Source of the DNA: Pristiophorus japonicus
Lineage: Eukaryota
Assembly (NCBI RefSeq): GCF_044704955.1
Contig: NC_091985.1
Coordinates: forward strand, 145,080,001 to 145,144,000
Length of the DNA stretch: 64,000 bases
Direction: 5' to 3'
Every line of letters begins with the position of its first letter. Position 1 is the first letter of the stretch. Position numbers and translations under genes: made by a program. This document shows positions 52,851 to 64,000 of this stretch, piece by piece. The notes beneath the pieces were generated by a model. That model ran no database searches, was not told where the DNA came from, and worked only from the letters and a program-made list of their open reading frames with translations.

Positions 52851-55569
52851 GGTCCGTACGTGAATTGGGTCTGTGGTGGAACTGTTGGTCAGGATCACTG
52901 CTTGCATGTCACCATGAAGCAGGCAGAGGATGGTGACAAACCTTTGAGGGCAGCCGATTTGAGGAGGACCATAATCCCTCACGGTTGACAGTTTCAAAGG
53001 CCTTTTTGAGGTCAAAGAGGGCCATGAATAGAGGTTGGTGCTGCTCCCTGCATTTCTCTTGGATTTGACGCGCGGTGAAGATCATGTCCATTGTGCCCCT
53101 TAGTGGGCAGAATCCGCATTGCGACTCTGGGAGGAGCTCTTCAGCCACTGGGAAAAGGCGATTGAGGAGGATTCTTGCAATGACTTTCCCTGTGGCAGAC
53201 AGCAGGGAAACTCCTTTGTATTGCAACAATTGGACTTGTCCCCTTTCTTGAAGATAGTCACGATTACGGTGTCTGTGAGATCCCCTGGCATGCTCTCCAC
53301 CTTCCAAATAAGAGAAATGAGTTCATGTATTTGCGCCAATAGTGCTTCTCCGCCATGCTTTAGTGCTTCGGCGGGGATTCCATCTGCTCCTGAGGCCTTG
53401 TTGTTCTTCTGTTGTCGGATGGCCTTTTCAACCTCATGCCGTGCAGGGCTTGTGCTGAGGTGGTGGTGGGTAGCATGCTGCGGGATGGAGTCGAGGACAC
53501 TCATGTCGATTAAGGAGATCTTTGAAGTGCTCCTCCCAGCGGGCACTGACTGCCTCTCTGTCCTTGATGAGCACCTCACCGTTCTTGGCCTGCAGTGGGG
53601 TAGGGCCCTTGGGTGCTTGGGCCGTAGGTGGTCTTGACTGCGCTAAAAAATCCACACACGTCGTGGTTATCGGCTAGTTGCTGGATCTCCTGCGTTTTCT
53701 CCACCCACCATCTGTTCTTTAGGTCGCGAGTTTTTTGTTGTACCTCGGCCTTCAGACGTCTGTAGAGTTTCTTTCGTCCTCTTGAGCTGTGTTGCTGTTT
53801 CCAGTTCAAGAATGCCTTGTACTTGTGGTTAATTACCTCCTGGATCTCCTGGTCATTCTCATCGAGCCAGTCTTGATGTTTCCTGATCGAGTGACCAAGC
53901 GTCTCTTCACAGGTGCTAATTATGGAGGCCTGGAGGGCAGACCAGGCGCTGCGTACACTCTGTGTCTCTGGATCACTGGGAGTCGTCAGGTTGGTAGTGA
54001 GGCGCTGGCTGAATAGGGCTTTCTTAGCAAGGTCTTTGAGTGCTCCAGCGTTGATTTTCCTGCGGCATTGTTTCTGTTGCTGCCGCTGCTGTTTTGGGCT
54101 ACATTGATGGAGATGACAGAGCGGATTAGGTGGTGGTCCATCCAGCAGTCATCAGCTCCTGTCATGGTGCGGGTGATGTGCACGTTCTTGCGGTCCCTCG
54201 GTCGGACGATGACGCAGACCAGCAGATGCTTGGATCGAGGAAGTTCCCATAAGGCTTTGTACCTGTCTCTCTGATGGGACCAAGGCGTTGGTTATGACAA
54301 AGCCATGGTTTAAACATTTCGTTTGGAGGAGGGTACCGTTGGAGTTGGTTTTCCCTACCCACTCTCTGCCAATCTCACCTCCCCAGAGATCTGTGTCCTT
54401 TCCAACTCTGGCTTTAAAGTCGCCAAGGAGGATCAGCTTGTCACCTGTTGGGACTCGAGACAGGGATTGTTCAAGGCTGGAGTAGAATTCCTCTTTGGTA
54501 GCTTCCAGTGTTGGGGCATACGCACCAATGACCGTAGTGCACTGGTTGAGGGCTAGGGTGAGCCGAAGGGTCATGAGGCGTTCGTTTATCCCGCAAGGGG
54601 AGTCTCTGAGATGGCCAACTAGCTCATTTTTTATGGCGAAACCTACCCCATGGATGCGGCGTTCCTCTTCTGGTTTCCCTTTCCAGAAGAAGGTGTAACA
54701 ACCACCTTGTTCCTTGAGCTGATCTTCCCCTGCCCACCAAGTCTCGCTTAGGGCAGTGATGTCCATGTCGATTCATCTGAGTTCCCGGGCAACAATAGCA
54801 GTACCGGTCTGTCGCTGTTGCGGTTCTCCTTGAGGGCCCTGATGTTCCAGGTCCCGAACTTCATCTTAAAGGGTGGAAGATGCCTGTGCGTGAATTCTTT
54901 TATCGTGGAGTGGCTGTTGCACACCAGCTACCACACGGGCCTGACAGAGCAAGGTCTTGCTCCAATGGCAGGGAGATCCAAGACAATTGGAGACCAGACT
55001 CTGCTGCATGGGTCTAGTACATACACACAAACATACTCCTTCTGTCCTCCTTCCTCTTTCCCACAGGTCCTCTCTCCCTGGGATTCATAGGACGCAGTGT
55101 AGGCCTCTCGACCTCGCTGTTGGCACATGCTGCACCTTCCCTGGGCCCCGAAAACATTGCTGGTCCACGCTACGCCATTCCTGGGCCCGACCTCACCGTT
55201 CCTCCGGGTCTTGCCGCTCCTGATCTCCGCTCCCAACCTCCGGGTCTCGCTGCTCCCGACCTCCGCTCTTTGCTGCTCCCGACCTCCGGGTTCTCGCCGC
55301 TCCCGACTTCCACTCCTACGTCCCGGCCCCTCTGCTGGGCTCGACCTTAATCCAAGATACGGCGCCTATCAGCTACCTGGATTCCGGTGATGGCTCGTGC
55401 TGCTCCCTGTGGTGTGACCCCGTGGTGTCTCCAACCAGGTCAGGTCGGGTCGGCGCCACAATGAATGTAATAAAATGAGCACTGGGAGAATTAGAAAGGG
55501 AAACTACTGTGGCAGGAGACGCATCACTGTCAACGTCTTGACATTGTGGCAAACCAATTTAAAAACCAA

Positions 55570-56200
55570 TAGAGTGCTGGGATGTATAGCCAGAAGAGTA
55601 GAAAATAAGAACGCAAATCGGGCGCACTGACCTCGGCAACCGAATTTCCGATATGTGCTGATGTCATCCGAGGCACGGCATTGGGGTGCTGCATTATATG
55701 ATCGGCTCCTATAAGTCTACAGAGGTTATGTAAAGGCTTTACAATGCACTGGTCAGAGACTGGTTTGAAGAAATCTGCATTAGAGAGGGTGCAGAGAGGA
55801 ACAAGAGAAAGATTTCAAATGTAAAGGGGATGAGGAAAGACGGGTGAAATTCAAGAGCTAGCGTCTAGAGAGAAGATGAGGATCGCATCACAGTATATCA
55901 AGTCAATAAGATTAACTCAGCATATTACTTAAAGTAAGTCAGGTTCTATGGATTAGATGATATAAATTTAAATTAACAAAAGGTAAACTTAGGACGGCAC
56001 ATTATAGGATTAATTTCTTTACTCAAAAGGGCAATAAAGGTTTCGAATAATCTTCCAGGAAAGCTATTGAAACATTCGAAGGTTGTGGAAAGTCCATTCA
56101 CAACACAGTTGGATACTAGGCTGGGTTAGTCAGGACACGAGGGGGATGAGGTGCCACAGGCTACATAGTCTACTCTTGTCCTTAACTGATCTTAGGTTAA
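55570..56200 (+). mobile_element. Old, highly decayed CR1-like 3' fragment
   Basis: gtgctgggatgtatagccaga, tacaatgcactggtcaga, ttagagagggtgcagag, tttctttactcaaaaggg. Confidence 0.6.
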
Positions 56201-57132
56201 TGAACTGGATTGATGCCATGCCAGAACTGATAATATGTCATAAATGCCATTCCCTGCCAGTGCATACTGTCATGCAGGCCCTTAACTACACTTAATGGTG
56301 AATGGGCAAAATGCCATCATCAGCAAATAATTACAGCACCATAATGGATTGAGCTACTGTTGCAGCAGAGTAACTTCATCCGCTTTGATAGATCTCATCT
56401 AAATTCAATAGTCCTTAGCTTTCCACAAAATTTATTCTAAGTGCTAATCGGAAGGGATTACCTCACTGACAAAATAAACACTGTAGAGGAATGTAAGTTT
56501 AATTACATTCATTCGAATACAAGTGTTCCATGTGGAATGCATCGTCCATTTTTCCACGGCAACTTAAAGATCTGGCTTCTTGCCATTATGATCACAAGGG
56601 GAGAGTAGGAGCCTCGAGCTGGAGAATAGTATTTGATTTGAGGGAGTAAATAGAAGATGCAAGTGAGTGTCAGTGAGTGCTGGAGGAGTTAAGTTTGCGG
56701 GGGGAGGGGGCGATGGCTAGAGGGAGTGCATTTACTCCACAAAGTCTACAGATTAAAGTATTAGACCAATCAGAAAGTTCGTCACCAAATGACGAAGCCA
56801 ATTCTAAAAGCCACTAAAGTTTTGTCTCCTTTGAGTTACTGGAGATATTCAAAAATGTAACGAGCATGGCAGGGATGTTAGAAGAAGAAATGGGGTGGAC
56901 ACTATGCTGAAAGGTCATATTCCAATTACTGCGTTTGGAATCTTCAAAGAAGCAGATTTGGGAAACCAGGAGCGAGGATTGTTGGAAGTTGAGGGAGCTT
57001 ATCCTTAAGTTGCAAGCTAGACACATCTGGGGAAATTAGAGCGATACTCGAGTCTTTGCCTCTAATCTTGTCCTGTTTAGTTTCCTAATAATGTACTGTC
57101 TGAGAATGTGTATTGTGTACTCAACGCATTAC

Positions 57133-57247
57133 GGGGCCGAAATTCAGCTCCGCCCGAAACGGGGCGCAACTACCGCATTTTGGCTGCCACTACCGCCGCA
57201 ATGTTGGAGTCGGGAATCCGCCCGAAATTCAGCGATTTTTCAAAAAT

Positions 57248-57280
<33 letters not shown>

Positions 57281-57606
57281 TCGTAATGGGGGGGATTGGG
57301 GGTCAGTGGGGCAGCAGTGGGGCGGGAGTGGGGGGAGTAGGCCAGCAGTGGGGAGAGCGGGGGGAGCGGGGCAGCAGTGTGGGGAGTGGGGCAGCAGTGG
57401 GAGGAGCGGGGGGAGCAGGGCAGCAGTGGGGGAGTGGGGCAGCAGTGGGGGGAGCGGGGTGGAAGTGAGCACTGCTGTAAAAATCCCCGAGCTGAATTTC
57501 AATCGTGGCAGCCATTGGACCGGATATTGACGGCCGCTCGACTCCGCCACCTCGCTGCTGCTTTCCGGCGGTAACGGACCTTTTTGGGGATCTGAATTTC
57601 GGCCCC
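57133..57606. mobile_element. Young PIF/Harbinger-type MITE
   Basis: Perfect 15-bp TIR GGGGCCGAAATTCAG and 3-bp TSD TAC; internal (GTC)n and G-rich repeats. Confidence 0.9.
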
Positions 57607-58229
57607 TACATTCCTAATGATGTTATATTTATTCGACGTTTGAGTAAAATGCCATGCTATATATTTTCTATAATTTTGCATTGTATAATCAGGTGAATTC
57701 TAATGTTGGGATCGGCTACTGAAGTTAAGATGGTCTATTGTATAAGCGACTGTCAGATTAGATGCATGTTGCATCTGGTGGTAGTAGTAGATAGACTCAC
57801 ATGATGACTCACATAATAGTTATATATCCAATCACATAACAGAGGCATCATTTTACAGTTCATAGAATCATAGAATGGTTACAGCACAGAAGGAGGCCAT
57901 TCAGCCCGTTGAATCCATGACTGCTGTCTGCAAGAGCACCTCATGGCATCAGTAAGAGAGTCATTGAATGTGAAATCCTGCTGGCACAAACTGAACACAT
58001 GGAACGATCCTGGCACCAGAACAGATAGACTGAGCTCACTTCAGCCCTTATTTATATCAAACCAGCAAGCGTCTGCTGTGCGTCCCCAGACCGCTCGCCG
58101 GTGAAACAGATTTAAATTTCGGGTCACTGTCAGTTATGTTCTGGGAGTGTTGGAAAGGCGATCAGGAGATGAGATGATCAAGAGAAGGTTGGAGGTGATC
58201 ATTGTACCGAATGGCCTCTTTCTGTGTTG

Positions 58230-60392
58230 TGTCAAGCAATGGCAAACATTTAAAGATCACATGGATGAACTTCAGCAATTGTACATCCCTGTCTGGAGTA
58301 AAAAATAAAACTGGGAAGGTGGCTCAACCATGGCTAACAAGGGAAGTTAGGGATAGTGTTAAAACCAAGGAAGAGGCATATAAATTGGCCAGAAAAAGCA
58401 ACAAACCTGAGGACTGGGAGAAATTTAGAATTCAACAGAGGAGGACAAAGGGTTTAATTAAGAGGGGGAAAATAGAGTACGAGAGGAAGCTTGCAGGGAA
58501 CATAAAAACTGACTGCAAAAACTTCTATAAATATGTGAAGAGAAAAAGATTAGTAAAGACAAACGTAGGTCCCTTGCAGTCGGATTCAGGTGAATTTATA
58601 ATGGGGAACAAAGAAATGGCAGACCAACTGAACCAATACTTTGGTTCTGTCTTCACGAAGGAAGACACAAATAACCTTCCGAATGTACTAGGGGACCGAG
58701 GGTCTAGTTAGAAGGAGGAACTGTAGGATATCCTTATTAGGCGGGAAATTGTGTTAGGGAAATTGATGGGATTACAGGCCAATAAATCCCCGGGGCCTGA
58801 TAGTCTGCATCCCAGATTACTTAGGGAAGTGGCCCTAGAAATAGTGGATGCATTGGTGGTCATTTTCCAACATTCTATAGACTCTGGATCAGTTCCTATG
58901 GACTGGAGGGTAGCTAATGTAACACCACTTTTTAAAAAAGGAGGGAGAGAGAAAACGGGTAATTATAGACCGGTTAGCCTGACATCAGTAGTGGGGAAAA
59001 TGTTGGAATCAATCATTAAGGATGAAATCAATCATTAAGGATGAAATAGCAGCCCATTTGGAAAGCAGTGACAGGATCGGATCGAGTCAGCATGGATTTA
59101 TGAAAGAGAAATCATGCTTGACGAATCTTCTGGAATTTTTTGAGGATGTAACTAGTAGAGTGGACAAGGGAGAACCAGTGGATGTGGTGTATTTGGACTT
59201 TCAAAAGGCTTTTGACAAGGTCCCGCACAAGAGATTGGTGTACAAAATCAAAGCGCATGGTATTGGGGGTAATGTACTGACGTGGATAGAGAACTGGTTG
59301 GCAGACAGGAAGCAGAGAGTCAGGATAAATGGATCCTTTTCAGAATGGCAGGCAGTTACTAGTGGGGTGCCGCAGGGCTCAGTGCTGGGACCCCAGCTCT
59401 TTACAATATACATTAACAATTTGGATGAAGGAATAGAGTGTAATATCTCCAAGTATGCAGATGACACTAAGCTGGGTGGCGGTGTGAGCTGTGAGGAGGA
59501 CGCTAAGAGGCTGCAGGGTGACTTGGACAGATTAGGTGAGTGGGCAAATACATGGCAGATGCAGTATAGTGTGGATAAATGTGAGGTTATCCATTTTGGG
59601 GGCAAAAACACGAAGGCAGAATATTATCTGAATGGCAGCAGACTAGAAAAAGGGGAGGTGCAACGAGACCTGGGTGTCATGGTTTATCAGTCACTGAAAG
59701 TGGGCACGCAGGTACAGCAGGTGATGAAGAAGCCAAATGGTATGTTGGCCTTCATAGCTAGGGGATTTGAATATAGAAGCAGGGAGGTCTTACTGCAGTT
59801 GTACAGGGCCTTAGTGAGGCCTCACCTGGAATATTGTGTTCAGTTTTGGTCTCCTAGTCTGAGGAAGGACGTTCTTGCTATAGAGGGAGTGCAGCGAAGG
59901 TTCACCAGACTGATTCCAGGGATGGCTGGGCTGTCATATGAGGAGAGACTGGATCAACTGGGCCTTTATTCACTGGAGTTTAGAAGGACGAGAGGGGAAT
60001 CTCATAGAAACATATAAGATTCTGACGGGACTGGAAAAGTTAGATGCGGGAAGAATGTTCTCGATGATGGGGAAGTCCAGAACCAGGGGACATAGTCTTA
60101 GGATAAGGGGTAGGCCATTCAGGACTGAGATGAGGAGAAACTTCTTCACTCAGAGAGTTGTTAACCTGTGGAATTCCCTGCCGCAGAGAGTTGTTGATGC
60201 CAGTTCATTGGATATATTTAAGAGGGAGTTAGATATGGCCCTTACAGTTAAGGTGATCAAGGGGTATGGAGAGAAAGCAGGAAATGGGTACTGAGGGAAT
60301 GATCAGCCATGATCTTATTGAATGGTGGTGCAGGCTCGAAGGGCCGAATGGCCTACTCCTGCACCTATTTCTATGTTTCTATGTTTCTATGT
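58230..60392 (+). mobile_element. 5'-truncated CR1 ORF2
   Basis: ORFs 58202-60294; 19-bp tandem duplication at ~59010-59047 shifts the frame; TTTCTATG tail. Confidence 0.96.
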
Positions 60393-60405
60393 CACTCTGT
60401 GATTA

Positions 60406-61290
60406 GGGGTTACATTTAACCCACAAAAATGGGTGGGTTGGGATCAGGTGAGATGTAAAAAGTTTTGAAATCTCAAACTCACCTCCGACCGGTCCATTTG
60501 CAGGTTTAACGGAGGCAGGACAGGGGGCGGGCAGCCATGCCGCTCCCAGGAAGCAGGTTGGCCATTTATTTATGCTAATGAGGCTGGGAGCCTCACATTT
60601 AACCGATCTTATGGGCTTACACCTAGCTGGCCGTGTTTCCCAGGCCTCGGGAAACGCGGAAGCACAAGGGAGGTGAGGACAACTTTGGGTAAATGTTAAG
60701 CAGGAATGCTTCCTCCCAGCCCACCAAGCTACCTTCTCCCCTGCTATCAGACTTCCCCCCACCAGCTAAAGACCCCCAATCCTGGGATTGGGAATCTAGG
60801 ATCGGATCCCCCCCCCCACAGGTTCGGGCATCGGACACTTCCCCCGAGATCTGGGATCGGACTCCCCACCCCCCCCCCATCCCAGATTCGAGTATCGGAA
60901 CCCCCCACCCCTCACCCCGGGATCGGGGATCGGACCTCCCCCTCGGGATCTGGGATCAGGTATCAGACCTCCTCCCGGGATCGGAGATCGGACCCCTGGG
61001 ATTGGGTATCAGAACACTCATCCCTTCCTCCCAGGATCAGGAATCGGACCCCCACCCCCCGCCCCTGCAAGATCCAGACCCGCCCTCCCCCTTCCACGTT
61101 CCCACTAACTCAGCAGCTTCCTTCTCTACTCCTGTAGCTGCAGCCTCCTGCGGAGTGTTCCACGCTGTCGCATTCTCAATTGAACTGACTGATATTCATC
61201 GGTTCAATTCAAAAGTGACAAGAATCGTAACTGTAACCAAATGAAAACAAAATTTCAATTTCATGGAGATTTCCATTTTCAGATTTAGCC
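60406..61290. mobile_element. Probable Harbinger-type MITE with GGATC-rich interior
   Basis: tta|ggggttacattt start; degenerate internal repeats; right end uncertain. Confidence 0.45.
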
Positions 61291-61815
61291 CTTTTATTCT
61301 ACAGCTCGCGACTGAGGCTGAAATGGTCCAGGCCTCAGACTGTTCCATATCAACCACGTGACCTCCATGTCAGCTACCAGGAAATACCTCTCCCGACAGC
61401 TCTTCCTCTTGTCTTCTTCGCTGCTCTCCCTTGTCCTCCAGCTCCAAAGCCAGCCCAACCAGATCACCTGTCACTGCATTAAAACCTCCAGCACCACCAC
61501 AACGTGATCCCAGAAGTTGGAATGAACATATATAACCCAGAAAATAGCCAAGAAAGGCCCAGACGTTAACTCGCAGCCTAAGTGGAGAGACCAGCAGCTA
61601 ACCTGTAGGGAGTGGATGAGCCCTTTTAATAGCGCTCCTGCAGGGTCCTTGCTGCCTGTTAGCACCATGACTTGCTGGGCGAGTTTATCAGGCGCCGAGT
61701 CAGGTGCTGTGGTGGACCAATCTCACAAAAGAGTCCTAATGACAAGGGCAGGACCCTTATTGAAATATTGTAATGAGGCTTTTAAATGCTTCCGGCATAC
61801 ACCGTGGACATCTAG

Positions 61816-63382
61816 GGCTCAAGTTTTTGGAGCAACTAGTTTAGAATGGAGTATCTTAGAAATTGCAATTCTCGGCATTTAACTTGCTGCAGTTCTCATG
61901 AGTTAGAATAGTTCCATTTTCAAAAGGGGGCGTGTCCAGTCACTTACGCCTGTTTTGCAAGTTTAGGCAGCGAAAACTTACTCCAAACTAACTTAGAATG
62001 GAGTAAGTGTAGATTTTTGTACACGCAGAAAAACCTTGCCTACACTTATAAATCAGGCGTAGGGAACGAGAGATGGGGGGAGGGGTGAAGGGGGGTTTAC
62101 AAGCATTAAACACTTCACTTTTACAAATAAAGAGCCATCATCAATAATAAATGTTAAATAAATCAATAAATCAATCAAAAAAATAAAAAGTTTAAAAAAA
62201 TCAATAAATAAACAATTAAGTTTCTACTCACCGACTGCAGCATCGGGAGCCCTCCAACAGCATGCTGGGATGCCGACACCCCCCCCCACCCGCCCCCCCC
62301 CCAATATGTCTCTCTCTGTCTCTGTCTCTCTCTGTCAGTGTCTCTTGCTCTCTGTCTCTGCCTCTGTCTCTCTGTGTTTCTGACAGCGAGGAAGGGGGGG
62401 AGGAAGGGGGGAGGGAGAGGAGGAAGGGAGAGGAGGGGAAGAGGGAGGGAGAGGAGGGGGAAGAGGGGGGAAGAGGAGGGGAGGGAGGGAGGGGTGGGGG
62501 AAGAGGAGAGGGTGGGGGAAGAGGAGAGGGGGGAAGAGGAGAGGGTGGGGGAAGAGGAGAGGGTGAGGGGAGAGGAGAGGAGGGAAGAGGAGAGGGTGGG
62601 GGAAGAGGAGAGGGTGGGGGGAGAGGAGAGGAGGGAAGAGGAGAGGGTGGGGGAAGAGGAGAGGGTGGGGGAAGAGGAGAGGGTGGGGGAAGAGGAGAGG
62701 GTGGGGGAAGAGGAGAGGGTGGGGGAAGAGGAGAGGGTGGGGGGAGAGGAGAGGGTGGGGGGAGAGGAGGGGGGGGCAGAAAGGAGAGGGGAGGGGAGGG
62801 AAGGGGAAGAGGTGAGGGGGAGGGGGTGAGCCGGAGTGGGACCTGAACGGGAGCGATGGCGGTGGGGGGGGGAGGTGGCGGAACAGGGTCCTGAACAGGG
62901 GCGGGTGGTGGAGTGGGGAGCTGAACGGCGGAGGGGAGCTGGGGAGTGGGACCTGAATCGGGGGGGGGGTGGGGAGGAGCCAGAGCGGGACCTGAATGGG
63001 AGGGAGGGAGGGGAGGGTGCGGGAGCTGAAGCTGAAGCTGAAGAGGAGGGAGGCTCGAGTCCGATCTTCGCTGCCCCGGTGAGCCCATTCGGCCAGGGCT
63101 AGGGGCGGCGTGCTTCGGGCCCCTCCCACGCAGCCTCGGGGGCCTGGAGCTACTGCACATGTGCACACACTCTAGCGCGCATGTGCAGAGGTCCCAGCAC
63201 TGTTTTCAGCGCCGGGACCTGGCTCCACTCCCGACCCCTTGTGCTGCGCCACGCCGAGCATGAAGACGTCCTGAGGAGACCGGAGAATCACAAAGTAAGT
63301 TTTCGCCGGCCTTTTTCTTCCAGAAAGTTGCCGCACCTTATTGAGATGCGCCGTTTTTCCAGAGGGCAGAAACTTGGGCCCC
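61816..63382. mobile_element. Non-autonomous Harbinger-type element with internal simple repeats
   Basis: Ends ggctcaagttt / aaacttgggcccc with TAG on both sides. Confidence 0.8.
62388..62830 (+). repeat. Near-pure purine tract with 18-bp unit GGGGGAAGAGGAGAGGGT
   Basis: Directly visible. Confidence 0.95.
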
Positions 63383-64000
63383 TAGTGAGGGGCCTGACCC
63401 AATATGGTGGGTGCCACACTTACAGCATGGAATGAGCGTGTGCACGCTGCACACCATATTAGTCCTTTAGGCGCCCATTTTACACAGCACGATCGAATTT
63501 CCAGACCATTAAATGATACCAAGTATTGGAAATGATCGTGGATGAAGACAAGATTATTATTTATAAGACACTGTGCAGACATAGCCAACTCTCCATTAAT
63601 AGCTAGGTCCTAGAATTATTTTTTTAAATTATTATTATTTGAGCGCCACAATAAAAATGACTTTCAAAGTGAAGGCCACAGTCATTATCAGGTTTGGAGA
63701 GAACATCAGCATCTTTCATTTCCACGGTTTGCTGCTGGATAAAACACAAGCACGTCTAAGAGGGCTCCATGTCTTATGTTCATATTTTCCCTAAGTAGAG
63801 CAGAGTACCATACAAGAAACAGCTCTTCGGTTTAATTACCACCAAACATAATTAAAAATGAATTAAGATGTGATATTTCTTGCTGCTCCATTGATTGTAG
63901 CCAGAAGTAACTAGCAATCCGAGTTATGCATGCATAATTTATAGATATAAAGCAAAGGGCCCTTTTTAAATGGACAAAATCTACCCAGCAACTTGCAGAT

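Larger units (their letters stand above)
50844..55458 (-). mobile_element. Full-length decayed RTE LINE with two nested insertions
   Basis: APE (DITALSET, LILLGDF), RT (LPESQCGF, KQGCV), C-terminal LPKQALYSELRHGKR; perfect TSD CAATGAATGT at 50834-50843 and 55459-55468. Confidence 0.94.

Noticed and set aside
62228-63168. Proline-rich and Gly/Glu/Arg-rich ORFs
   Set aside because: They are translations of a simple purine repeat inside a MITE.

Overview
This is repeat-saturated, eukaryotic (vertebrate) DNA. The repeat spectrum (CR1 with esterase ORF1, L2, RTE, Penelope, Deu-domain SINE, Harbinger MITEs, Gypsy) points to a cartilaginous fish, which is an inference. I recognise no intact host gene; nearly all long ORFs are decayed transposon pieces or artefacts of tandem repeats. 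Main points: (1) a Pack-hAT-like element (imperfect TIRs, perfect 8-bp TSD ACTAGAGG) that splits a CR1 and carries about 1.4 kb of SNX18 coding sequence plus upstream GC-rich DNA, later hit by a mini LTR element; (2) a ~4.9-kb 19-bp minisatellite expanded inside the 5' UTR of a TSD-bounded RTE, with an unexpanded relative in the same window; (3) a solo LTR flanked by a perfect 101-bp duplication; (4) a reconstructable local inversion through a Gypsy and a Harbinger; (5) a bipartite RTE-derived short element and a degenerate Penelope hammerhead ribozyme. Coordinates were read by eye and element ends without a stated TSD are approximate.
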